A stretch of DNA of 64,000 bases from an uncultured Methanosarcinales archaeon (GTDB lineage Archaea > Nanobdellota > Nanobdellia > Woesearchaeales > GW2011-AR9). The stretch is from the NCBI GenBank assembly GCA_964344235.1, contig CAYFMJ010000003.1:1-64000 (forward strand), read 5' to 3'. The notes under the pieces are model-generated. The model had not been told where the DNA came from. It made no database searches and was given only the letters and a program-made list of their open reading frames with translations. Position numbers and translations under genes: made by a program. Shown piece by piece: positions 49,016 to 58,375 of this stretch. Numbering within the stretch: the stretch's first letter is position 1; every line of letters starts with the position of its first letter.

Positions 49016-51862
49016 TTGTTTTAATGTAAGTTCTTTTATTTCATCCGGCCAGTCTTCGATAAATTCTCTATATTGTTTTAATTCCGTTTTCACTTTCTGT
49101 TTCAGCGAACCAGTTTCGATAAGTTTAATGAGTGCTTCTTTGACATAGACAGGGACTTTCTTAAGATTCCAGACTTGTAATTTCATTTTTTCTTTCGCCA
49201 TGTCTTTCTGTTCATCCTGTTTCTTTTTTGTCTCTTCCCAGTATTGTTGGTAGGAAAATTCTTTTTCTTGCTTGATTTTCTTTTTTCCTTCTTTCAGATT
49301 TATCTTAGCTAAGACTTGCTGATGCATTCGTCGGAGGAATTCATGTTTGTCTTCGATTCTAATAACGTCGCTGTAACCAGAGGCGATTAAACCGAAAGCA
49401 AATGGAGAAGGCATCTCTGTTGAGGTTTGGACTATTTCAATCTGATTTTGATTGACTTTGTCAATAATCTCTTGTGCATGTTGGTAATCCATTAAGTCTT
49501 CAAGTACTTCTCTTCTCGCTTCTTTGAGAATAGGGAAGTGGTTATCGATTCTCTTGACTGCGTTGAATAAAATTTTACTGCCTATTTGCATCCTGCCTGT
49601 TTTCTTTTGTCGTCCCATATAGTTTCGGAGGATCATTAGTGATCTCGCAGCACAGTGTCTGAAGCGTCTCTTGAGAACTTCACTACGTTCGATGGCTTCT
49701 TCGAGTAGTTCTCTTAGGTTTTCTTCTTTGAGGAGGTTGAACGCCCTAGGCGCGTTAAATGGTTTTTCTGCCGCCAAGTAAAATGCGTTATCGGAAATAC
49801 CAACTTCAACATCGCGATGTTGGGAACGGCCAATGATGAATGCTAATGCTCGAGAGAGACAATCGTTAACTCTTCTGCCAAATAATGTATGGAAGATGAC
49901 ATAGGTTCTACCTCGGTCAACGTATGTTTCAATGACAATCTTTTTGTTTGAGGGAACGATGCTAAAGTTATATTGTTCATAGAAGTATTGATAGAGACTT
50001 TCTGCTGCTTTATTTCCGACATAGAGATATTCGTTAATGAATTCTTTAATTTGTTTCTTCGTGTGTTTATTTTTGAAGCGATCTTCCATCAAGTAACGGA
50101 AGCGGGAGATTTCTGTGGCGAGGTCAAAGGAGAGAGGTAGCATCTCTGAGAACCAGGAAGGGACAGTTGGTGGTCTGTTTACTGACGTGGAGACCTGCGC
50201 TGTCATACCTCGGGAGAATTTAAACATGTAGACATTTCCTCCCAGAACGAAAACGTCACCTGGTTTTAATCTTTCCAGAAAACCCTCATCAATCATTCCC
50301 ACAACTTGATCTTTGATCTTGACTTTCACATAGGATTCTTCAGGAATAGTTCCAATATTCGTCATGTAAATAATCCTCGCCATTTTTCCTCTTTTCCCGA
50401 TTTGACCGGTTTCTTCATCGTACCAAATTCTAGCGAAGACATATCGTTCCTCTAAGCTCACGTAATAGCCTGAGAGGTATTTGATCGTTTCAAAGAAGTC
50501 GTGCCATTCTAAGTTTTGATAGCAGTACGATTGTTTGACTAATTGGAAGAGTTCCTTGATGTGGATAATGTCGTTGATTGCTATGCCGTAAATATGTTGT
50601 GCTAAGACGTCTAATGCGTTTTCAGGGATGTGCACTCTGTCGATTTTCTTTTCTATTGCCGATTTTAGGAGGAGGGAACATTCTACTAAGTCATCTCGGT
50701 CCATGACGATGATTCGTGCTTTAACAGTGGAGTGTAATTGGTGGCCTGCTCGTCCAGCTCGTTGTAAGAATCGTGCAACTGATTTCGGTGAGCCTAAGCA
50801 GAGAACTAAATCAATGTATCCGATGTCTATACCAAGTTCTAAAGAAGTTGAGGAGACAACAACTTTAAGACTACCATCTCGTAAATCTTGTTCAGTTTTG
50901 AAACGGACTTCTTTACTTAATGAACCGTGATGTGCTGCTATATTATTATGGTTGTAATGTTGTGGGAACATTTCTTTGAGGTTGTGGACGACTCTTTCGG
51001 TAGCAGCTCTAGTGTTGGTGAAGACAACAGTTGTTTTATGTTTTTGAATTTGTTTGTCAATTAATTCATACATCTTTTTGTGTTTGAGCATGTAATCAAG
51101 ATCAACTAAACTTCTCACGGGTGAGAGAACTTTGAGATCCATGTCTTTGATAAATTGCACGTCAACAACGCCGCAGTTTCTATTTGCTCCTACTAAGTAC
51201 TGGGCAATTTTTTCTAGTGGTGCGATGGTAGCGGAGAGGCCTACTCTCGTTAATCCGGGTGAGACTCTTTGTAGCCGTTCCATTGTTAGCGAGAGGTGTG
51301 TGCCTCGTTTGTTTTCTGCTAGGGAGTGGATTTCATCTACTAAAAGCCATTGTGTGTCTTTGAGATGAAGTTTGAATTTAGGAGAGTTGATCATGATGGC
51401 TAATGATTCAGGTGTGGTGATGAGAATGTGTGGTGGTTTCTTGAGCATCTTTTGCTTTTGGTATGCTGTTGTATCACCCGTTCTGACACCTACACGGATG
51501 TTAAGTGGTTTGCCGTTAAGTTCTTCTAGTTCTTTGAGTGGTTTGAGAAGGTTTTGTTCAATGTCGTAGTTAAGTGCTTTTAATGGGGAAACGTAGACGC
51601 AGTAGACTTTGTCTTCTAACGCTAACTTCTTTGTTGAGTCAACAAGTTCGTTGAGGATTGCGAGGAAGGCTGTTAATGTTTTTCCTGAACCTGTTGGAGC
51701 GGAGATGAGGACGTTTTTTCTGTTATGGATTTCCATCACCCCGAAGAGTTGTGGTGGGGAGAAGGTTTTGAATTTGTTGAAGAACCATTTATTGATTAAT
51801 GGATGTAGAATAGACTTAAGATGGAGTTCTTTGTACGGTTCAGTTAAATGTGTGATGGACAT
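49010..51862 (-). CDS. lhr: Lhr-family ATP-dependent helicase
   Basis: APTGSGKT, DEIH, SSTSLELGID, QRAGRAGH; start moved to ATG 51862 because the upstream extension reads through a tRNA. Confidence 0.93.
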   Translation of the reverse strand: MSITHLTEPYKELHLKSILHPLINKWFFNKFKTFSPPQLFGVMEIHNRKNVLISAPTGSGKTLTAFLAILNELVDSTKKLALEDKVYCVYVSPLKALNYDIEQNLLKPLKELEELNGKPLNIRVGVRTGDTTAYQKQKMLKKPPHILITTPESLAIMINSPKFKLHLKDTQWLLVDEIHSLAENKRGTHLSLTMERLQRVSPGLTRVGLSATIAPLEKIAQYLVGANRNCGVVDVQFIKDMDLKVLSPVRSLVDLDYMLKHKKMYELIDKQIQKHKTTVVFTNTRAATERVVHNLKEMFPQHYNHNNIAAHHGSLSKEVRFKTEQDLRDGSLKVVVSSTSLELGIDIGYIDLVLCLGSPKSVARFLQRAGRAGHQLHSTVKARIIVMDRDDLVECSLLLKSAIEKKIDRVHIPENALDVLAQHIYGIAINDIIHIKELFQLVKQSYCYQNLEWHDFFETIKYLSGYYVSLEERYVFARIWYDEETGQIGKRGKMARIIYMTNIGTIPEESYVKVKIKDQVVGMIDEGFLERLKPGDVFVLGGNVYMFKFSRGMTAQVSTSVNRPPTVPSWFSEMLPLSFDLATEISRFRYLMEDRFKNKHTKKQIKEFINEYLYVGNKAAESLYQYFYEQYNFSIVPSNKKIVIETYVDRGRTYVIFHTLFGRRVNDCLSRALAFIIGRSQHRDVEVGISDNAFYLAAEKPFNAPRAFNLLKEENLRELLEEAIERSEVLKRRFRHCAARSLMILRNYMGRQKKTGRMQIGSKILFNAVKRIDNHFPILKEARREVLEDLMDYQHAQEIIDKVNQNQIEIVQTSTEMPSPFAFGLIASGYSDVIRIEDKHEFLRRMHQQVLAKINLKEGKKKIKQEKEFSYQQYWEETKKKQDEQKDMAKEKMKLQVWNLKKVPVYVKEALIKLIETGSLKQKVKTELKQYREFIEDWPDEIKELTLKQL

Positions 51863-51923
51863 GAGTAGAAAACATCTATCTCTTACTATTTTGTTGTGTT
51901 TTTTATAATGATTGTGTTTACAG

Positions 51924-52027
51924 CGGCAGGGACGGGATTTCCGTGGTTGGCAATTCGAACCCGTGTGACGTGGGAACGTCAACCGATTATCAATCGGTTG
52001 CTTTTGGCCTTTCTTGGCCACTTCTTT
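51924..52027 (-). tRNA. degenerate type-II (Ser-like) tRNA, anticodon GAT, 16-nt intron at 59/60 (51938-51953), 5' acceptor strand missing
   Basis: D arm GCCAAG..GGCC, anticodon stem ACCGA/TCGGT, 6-bp variable arm, T stem ACGGG/CCCGT, 3' CCCTGCC-G. Confidence 0.8.
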
Positions 52028-52061
52028 TTGTTGTGGAATTTGTTTATAAGAATTAGGGATG

Positions 52062-52118
52062 GTTGTCGAGTGGGGAGTGGGGCAGAATTATAGAAAGGAG
52101 TAACGAAAATTCAACCTT
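52062..52118. repeat. recombinase-proximal motif, copy 2
   Basis: matches 19741-19794 fused directly to 19936-19948. Confidence 0.8.
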
Positions 52119-52296
52119 AACGACTAATTGATTTTTAGGGGGACTTAAGAAAAATATTGTTAATCAAAGGACCAGCACCTGTACATTTCTGGGTTAGATA
52201 GATTATGAATTCATCTTTCTGATCTTGGCAAGATTTTCCAAAAATCAGAGAATGGCACATTCAATGCCTGGCCCTATAGGGCCGATACCCATAATT

Positions 52297-53055
52297 CTAC
52301 TCTTTGGCTCTTAACTTTTTTACAGTATTGAAGCTAAATATGTCCCCCTCTAAACCCAATTTTTTTGCTATTAATCGAGCTTTCTTTTCTCCACCAACAT
52401 AGGAATACATCTTCGCAATATTTTTATCAAACCGATACTTCTCTAGGTATTTTAAACCAAGAAAAAGTTCCTGAATTTCCTCTCTTGGAGGGGGTTGAAA
52501 ACCCCTCGACATAAACCTAATGCAAGCGTAAAGATCTGATCCAAAAACTTTTTCTCTGCCTGGGTTTAGACGAAGTTTTTTTGCTTTCATATCTTTAAAT
52601 GAACCATCTAAAGCAATCAGACTATCGAACCAATTATTAAGAAAAATATCTTTAAGGTTAATTGCAAAAGCATTTATTGTAAAATTTATTTTCTCTTTTA
52701 AGATATTTTCAATATTTTGCCCTTTGTAAAAGGAGATATCTAAGACTAAGTAATCCTCAATAGATTTAGCTTTGGGAAATTTCCTCTTTTTAAGGACCAA
52801 TTGTTTTTGTCTTCTAATCTTTCCATAAAGAAAACCCTTTTTCCTAAGATTTCTAATAAATAATTCTTTATTCCCAATAAAGATAACATCATAATCTCTT
52901 TGGGGGAGTTCCTTTTTGAAGTAATAGTAAAAAACGGTATTTCTTAATGTTCCTCCAATAAGAAAAAGTTTAGATTTTTTTGGCATCGATGAAATTACAC
53001 CCCTTAGAATTCTGTCTACGTTTTTATCTCGCAAAAAATGAGGGTATTTTTCCAT
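52297..53055 (-). CDS. class II (CCA/polyA polymerase head) nucleotidyltransferase-like protein
   Basis: LIGGTLRN, RDYDV (DxD), INFTINA. Confidence 0.75.
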   Translation of the reverse strand: MEKYPHFLRDKNVDRILRGVISSMPKKSKLFLIGGTLRNTVFYYYFKKELPQRDYDVIFIGNKELFIRNLRKKGFLYGKIRRQKQLVLKKRKFPKAKSIEDYLVLDISFYKGQNIENILKEKINFTINAFAINLKDIFLNNWFDSLIALDGSFKDMKAKKLRLNPGREKVFGSDLYACIRFMSRGFQPPPREEIQELFLGLKYLEKYRFDKNIAKMYSYVGGEKKARLIAKKLGLEGDIFSFNTVKKLRAKE

Positions 53056-53176
53056 ATCCAGTGATTAGTTTAATCAGTTTTAATACTTTCTTTTTTGAGC
53101 CAAGAATATTAAAACCATAAAAACTAAACTATGCCTAATCCAAACTTTTAAATAACCAAAAACACTACTGTAAGTC

Positions 53177-53401
53177 ATGAAGAAGAAATCTACAAAAGGG
53201 AAACCAAAAGCAGAGAAGTGTTGTTGGAATATGGAGAGTTGTTCGTCGGGCGGTTTTATCTATGGCTTAGGAGCGATTGGCGCTGCTGTGTACTTCGTCT
53301 CTACGGCAACAGGTTTCTGGATGGGTGTACTTGGTGTATTGAAAGCGATTGTTTGGCCAGCGTTTTTAGTGTTTGAACTACTAAAGTTCTTAGGGATGTA
53401 G
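53177..53401 (+). CDS. small membrane protein
   Basis: YGLGAIGAAVYF, LKAIVWPAFLV. Confidence 0.75.
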   Translation: MKKKSTKGKPKAEKCCWNMESCSSGGFIYGLGAIGAAVYFVSTATGFWMGVLGVLKAIVWPAFLVFELLKFLGM

Positions 53402-53445
53402 TTTCCCTCGAAAAGTTATAAAAAAATGGCTACTTTTTTGTAGGT

Positions 53446-54123
53446 ATGGGAACAGATGCCTATTATGAAGATCTTGCAGGTAAGTACTTATATCTAGCGA
53501 GACGATATGTTAGGAGATATGACGAGCTGGTGCAGCTTGTCGCTGATACGGTGTTAGAAGCGAGTCCTTCTACTGTTTTAGATGTAGGTCAAGGGCCAGG
53601 TCATATTGATCAAATGATTTTAGATAGGAATCCATCTGTCCATATTGATTGTATTGATGCACAAGAAGGGATGGTAAACGTTGCAAGAAGAGCACTTGCG
53701 GCATATGGAGAAAGAGTCAGTGTCGTGCATGCGGATGTGCGTCAATATCAACCAGAAAGGCAATATGATGTTGTTTTGTGTAATCTGGTGATTCATAATA
53801 TCCCTTACGATCAAAAGTTAGAAGTTCTTAAAGCAATATATCAACATCTTGAAGCAGGAAAGCCGTTTATTTGGGGGGACATGGTAGGGTTTGAGGATCC
53901 ACAAAAAGTAAAAGCGGCGTTTGACGCACGGAAGAGGTTTGCTGTGAGTAACGGAGAAGATCCCGAGTCAGAGTTTTTTAGAACGAGTTTTCATAAAGAA
54001 GAACACTCAGATTATACGCTCACTCCAGAGCAAACAATGGATTTAATGAAACAGGCTGGTTTTCAAAGTCCTCGTCAGATTTGGGAGTATGATAATTTTG
54101 CGTTATTCATAGCCCAAAAGTAA
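53446..54123 (+). CDS. class I SAM-dependent methyltransferase
   Basis: VLDVGQGPG, DVVLCNLVIHNI; TATA-like AAAAGTTATAAAA at 53411. Confidence 0.85.
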   Translation: MGTDAYYEDLAGKYLYLARRYVRRYDELVQLVADTVLEASPSTVLDVGQGPGHIDQMILDRNPSVHIDCIDAQEGMVNVARRALAAYGERVSVVHADVRQYQPERQYDVVLCNLVIHNIPYDQKLEVLKAIYQHLEAGKPFIWGDMVGFEDPQKVKAAFDARKRFAVSNGEDPESEFFRTSFHKEEHSDYTLTPEQTMDLMKQAGFQSPRQIWEYDNFALFIAQK

Positions 54124-54161
54124 ACCACAATCTTTTTTAACAACCTCATTATCCGAAACGT

Positions 54162-54764
54162 ATGAAACTGATTTTATTAGGGCCGCCAGGTTCAGGAAAA
54201 GGAACTGTAGCGGAAAAACTAGCAAAGGATTTCAATCTAAAACACATCTCAACCGGCGCATTATTACGAGAGGAGATTGCTAAAGATACCCCCATTGGTA
54301 GGGATGTTAAGAAGTATGTGGAAGCGGGAGAGTTCGTGCCAAGTACGTTCATATTAGAAATGATGAAGTTAGAGATTACTGACAAAGATGATTACATTCT
54401 GGATGGTTTTCCTCGGTCTCTTGATCAAGCAGAGGCAATGACTGAGGTTGATGCGGTGATTTATTTAGAAGTACCAGATGAAAATTTAATAGAGCGGTTT
54501 GCAGGAAGAAGAATTGATCCAGTCACAAAGAAAGGGTATCATTTGAAGTATATCCCTCCACCAGATGAGATAAAAGATAGGTTGATTCAACGGAAAGATG
54601 ATAAACCAGAAATTGTAAAAGAGAGATTAGCAGAGTACCACGAAGTTACACAACCGTTAGTTGCATTCTATAAAGAGAAAGGACTTCTGAAAACTGTTGA
54701 TGGTGCACCACTGCCGGATGAAGTATATGAATCCGTTAAAGCAGTAGTTGAACAGATTCAGTAA
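54162..54764 (+). CDS. adk: adenylate kinase
   Basis: GPPGSGKGT, HISTG, LDGFPR, QRKDD. Confidence 0.95.
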   Translation: MKLILLGPPGSGKGTVAEKLAKDFNLKHISTGALLREEIAKDTPIGRDVKKYVEAGEFVPSTFILEMMKLEITDKDDYILDGFPRSLDQAEAMTEVDAVIYLEVPDENLIERFAGRRIDPVTKKGYHLKYIPPPDEIKDRLIQRKDDKPEIVKERLAEYHEVTQPLVAFYKEKGLLKTVDGAPLPDEVYESVKAVVEQIQ

Positions 54765-55018
54765 ACCCGTTCTCGTTTGTCTATATCTTCAATGTAAACG
54801 GTTAAATTTTGATAATTCACAAAGTATAGAATTCTGAAGCTGCCAACTCTCACTCTGAATACTTTTGGTTCAGTATAACCTTCAACTCTTTTAGCGTCTG
54901 AAGGGAATGGGTTCTCAGCTAATTTCTCGATTGCATTAATAATTCTTTTACGGTCATTGGCAACTGCTAGCTTCTTCAAAAATCTAGAAGCTTTCTTCTT
55001 TAGCTTAACGGAATACAT
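54758..55018 (-). CDS. RelE/ParE toxin
   Basis: LAENPFP, FRVRVGSFRILY. Confidence 0.88.
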   Translation of the reverse strand: MYSVKLKKKASRFLKKLAVANDRKRIINAIEKLAENPFPSDAKRVEGYTEPKVFRVRVGSFRILYFVNYQNLTVYIEDIDKRERVY

Positions 55019-55171
55019 CTAAAGACCAAGTTCTTGCTTAAGGTCTTTCAAAGAAACAAAATCAGATTCATCGCCGGCTTTGACTTTAGCAATAGATTCG
55101 TCCAACATTCTTTTCTCTTCTGCAGACAATTTTGTATCTGGATCTTCTAAGACCTTGCCAACTGACGTCAT
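55019..55171 (-). CDS. putative antitoxin, 50 aa (not in ORF track)
   Basis: MTSVGKVLEDPDTKLSAEEKRMLDESIAKVKAGDESDFVSLKDLKQELGL; stop abuts the toxin ATG. Confidence 0.75.
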   Translation of the reverse strand: MTSVGKVLEDPDTKLSAEEKRMLDESIAKVKAGDESDFVSLKDLKQELGL

Positions 55172-55271
55172 GTGAACTAAATAGGCGTTATTCTATAAAT
55201 ATTTATTGCCGATATCGTAACAAAACAATTAAATACCTCTTCTCTCAATCATACACAAAAGAGTTGATTAT

Positions 55272-57197
55272 ATGAAATTCCACGATTTTACATTAGATCC
55301 ATTTCAGGAACAGTCGATTAAAGCGATTGAGAAGAATCATTCTGTTGTTGTTTCCGCTCCTACAGGAAGTGGAAAGACGTTGGTAGCGGATTATATTATT
55401 CATAAAACGTTGAAAGGAAAGAAGCGAATTATTTACACCGCTCCGATTAAAGCGCTTTCTAACCAGAAATTTAAAGATATCACACGGGAACATGGTGCGG
55501 ATAAAGTTGGCTTGATGACAGGAGATATAGTCATTAACCCACACGCACAACTGCTGATTATGACCACTGAGATTTATCGAAATATGGTGGTGAGTAATGA
55601 TGAGGAAGTGAAAGATGTGGCGTACGTTGTATTTGATGAAGTGCATTACATTAATGATATTGAGCGAGGCTATGTGTGGGAGGAATCGATTATCTACAGC
55701 CCTGCAATGGTACGGTTTCTTTGTTTATCTGCAACAATTCCAAATGCACAGGAGTTCGCTGCTTGGATTCAATCGATTAAAAAGCATGAAGTAGAAACGG
55801 TTGTAGCAGTAAAAAGAAATGTGCCACTCAAACATATGTTCTATGATTATGAGTTAGGTATCACAACGTTAGAGAAGATTCGGAAAGCAAAAGATATTCC
55901 AGGGTATGATAATGTGTTTCGCAGAAGAGGCAGAAAGCGAGAACGAACACCTGCTCCTGATCACGTTGCGTTACTAAGAGAGTTGGGAAAAGATAAGTTA
56001 CCCTGTTTATTCTTCTCATTTTCACGAAGAGATTGCCAGATGAAAGCAGCGGAGTTAGCGAAGACAAACATGTTCAAACCAGAAAAGAGGATTCAGGAGT
56101 TTGTGGCGAAGATGTTACAGGATGCTCCTACTGGAATCACTCAGTTAAAGACAACACAGACATTGAGGAGAACAATTGCGAAAGGAATTGCGTTTCACCA
56201 TGCTGGTTTACTACCAATATTAAAAGAAATTGTAGAGGAATTATTCAGTAGAGGATGGATTAAAGTTCTCTATACTACCGAAACGTTCGCAGTAGGAATT
56301 AACATGCCTGCTAAGACTGTCTGTTTTGCTGCATTGCGGAAGTATGATGGGATTAGTTTTAGAGCATTGAATACAAAGGAGTATTTTCAAATTGCAGGAA
56401 GAGCTGGGAGAAGAGGTATCGATACGGTTGGGTATGTCGTCAGTATGATTTTCCGTCCAACGTTTCGATATAGAGAAGTAAAGAAGTTAACTGCGAAAGA
56501 TGTAGAACCAATTAAATCACAGTTTAAGTTAGGTGTGAATACAGTATTGAATTTAATTGATCAGAAAACGCCGGAAGAGATTGAACATATTTTACGGTTG
56601 AGTTTCTTTTCGTATCAGAAATTTGGAGAGGAATATGAAACGATTCCAACGAAGAAGTTGTTAGCTCGGTACAATAGTATTCGACGAAAGTTGGAGAAGT
56701 TACAATATGTTGTTGATGGGAAATTAACAGCAAAAGGACAATTCTCTTCCAAAATATTTGCCCATGAGATTGCGATAGGAGAAATCTTTGCAACCCCTAT
56801 AAACAGTAAGTTAGATGAGTATCAGATTTTATTGGTATTAGCTGCATTAGTGTATGAACCTCGTGATACGTATAAGTTTAAACAGAAATTCCGCAATGAA
56901 GCTCTGAAGAAGTTGAAGATTATTTTGCGAAAGAATGAGTTTCTGGCAAAGGAGAAACATTTACTTGAGTTGGATACGATGACGACGATCATTAATCCAA
57001 TGTATAATGGGAAAACGTTTTTTGAAGTGCTTGAGTTAACAAATTTATTAGAGGGCGATTTGATTCGGTTGTATTTGCAAGTGTTAGATCGGTTAGGGCA
57101 AATTAGAAAAGCGTCGACTGATCATAAATTGTTAGCGAAAGTTGAGAATTGTGAAGGGATTGTGCATAAGATTCTGGAAGGGATTTATGAGATTTAG
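55272..57197 (+). CDS. Ski2/HelY-like DExH helicase
   Basis: APTGSGKT, DEVH, TETFAVGINMPA, QIAGRAGRRG. Confidence 0.92.
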   Translation: MKFHDFTLDPFQEQSIKAIEKNHSVVVSAPTGSGKTLVADYIIHKTLKGKKRIIYTAPIKALSNQKFKDITREHGADKVGLMTGDIVINPHAQLLIMTTEIYRNMVVSNDEEVKDVAYVVFDEVHYINDIERGYVWEESIIYSPAMVRFLCLSATIPNAQEFAAWIQSIKKHEVETVVAVKRNVPLKHMFYDYELGITTLEKIRKAKDIPGYDNVFRRRGRKRERTPAPDHVALLRELGKDKLPCLFFSFSRRDCQMKAAELAKTNMFKPEKRIQEFVAKMLQDAPTGITQLKTTQTLRRTIAKGIAFHHAGLLPILKEIVEELFSRGWIKVLYTTETFAVGINMPAKTVCFAALRKYDGISFRALNTKEYFQIAGRAGRRGIDTVGYVVSMIFRPTFRYREVKKLTAKDVEPIKSQFKLGVNTVLNLIDQKTPEEIEHILRLSFFSYQKFGEEYETIPTKKLLARYNSIRRKLEKLQYVVDGKLTAKGQFSSKIFAHEIAIGEIFATPINSKLDEYQILLVLAALVYEPRDTYKFKQKFRNEALKKLKIILRKNEFLAKEKHLLELDTMTTIINPMYNGKTFFEVLELTNLLEGDLIRLYLQVLDRLGQIRKASTDHKLLAKVENCEGIVHKILEGIYEI

Positions 57198-57257
57198 TTT
57201 GTATCCACTGGCAAGTTACATTTTTTAAGCAAATTTTATAAAAAAATAATCATTCTT

Positions 57258-58375
57258 ATGCGTAAAATGTCAAAGGAAGACCATAGTGGAAATGTTTTAA
57301 GAAGACTTGATGCAACTCCCTACAACGACAACATATGTCCTGAAGCTGAAGGAACATTTAGAGGAGACTTAGTTGCTGCTATAACACTTCGAAATAATCT
57401 GGGAGATACTACATTTGCACCTTATGTTAACCCTGATTATGTTCGCGGACAAGTTGTATCTGCTGCACCGTTTCCAAACCAAGTTAGGGATCCAATGTTT
57501 AGTACTAGAGAAGTATATTACGGTTCACATTTTGCATTTCTCGTTCGTCCGGTAGATGAGGGGGGGCGCTCTACTCAACGATTTTATGGAGTACCGTTAG
57601 TGATGCAGGACATAGTCTCTTTAGAGGATAGTGGAATTCTCGATCGGGAAATTAGTACGGTTCGAGTACAGGGAAACCTTACAGTTAGGGATGATAAACT
57701 TCTTGGCTATTTAAGTGAAATTGCTGGTGAAAGCGAACCCAGGAGACGTAATCAGGACGTTCTATTAAATCTAACCTATAGACAATTTTCGAAGCTTATG
57801 AAAGGGAAGAAAGCCCGCCCTTCGAAGGGGTAGAAGTACAGAGAGTCACGGCATTAATTCCGGTTAACGGGGCTGCATACCAAACCGAGGCACGAGGTTT
57901 TGCAATACAAACAGACTCCGAAGAACAACATTCGATGTGTTTTGCCTATGGAATTGGAGATACGGTCTTCCGGGGTAGACCAATCGTGGGAGGGGGCACT
58001 GCAAACTTCGGAAATGGGAGAGCATTAACAGATATTGATTCTGGAGGAAGAGAAGCCTTTTTTGATGTTAGAACTTTACAAGATCATGGCGGTTCTGGTG
58101 GGGAAGCTGCTGTTGGGAATCTCGTTGTCGTAGCACTGCCATTAGTTGGTGAAAAAAGAGTTCCGCCACCATCTTTACGCACGCCTAGTACCCACTCTCT
58201 TACGATGGGAGTAGATCTTGCTCAGCTGGCAACCGGGAGGAGGACGGGGACTTCAAGCAGATTGGTCCCTGGAACATTTGATACAACAAGAAGAATTAGT
58301 ATCATGGATGTAAGACTTCTCACAGTAAGCCCCGAGGAAATGATTCCCGAAGGCATTGAAATGTTGCTTAGTTAA
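57258..58375 (+). pseudogene. about 372-aa hypothetical gene broken by one frameshift
   Basis: adding one T at 57786-57789 gives YRQFFEAYEREESPP and an open frame into 57935..58375. Confidence 0.65.

Noticed and set aside
51863-52021. 53-aa N-terminal extension of Lhr
   Set aside because: Overlaps the tRNA-like gene; ATG 51862 gives a normal N-terminus
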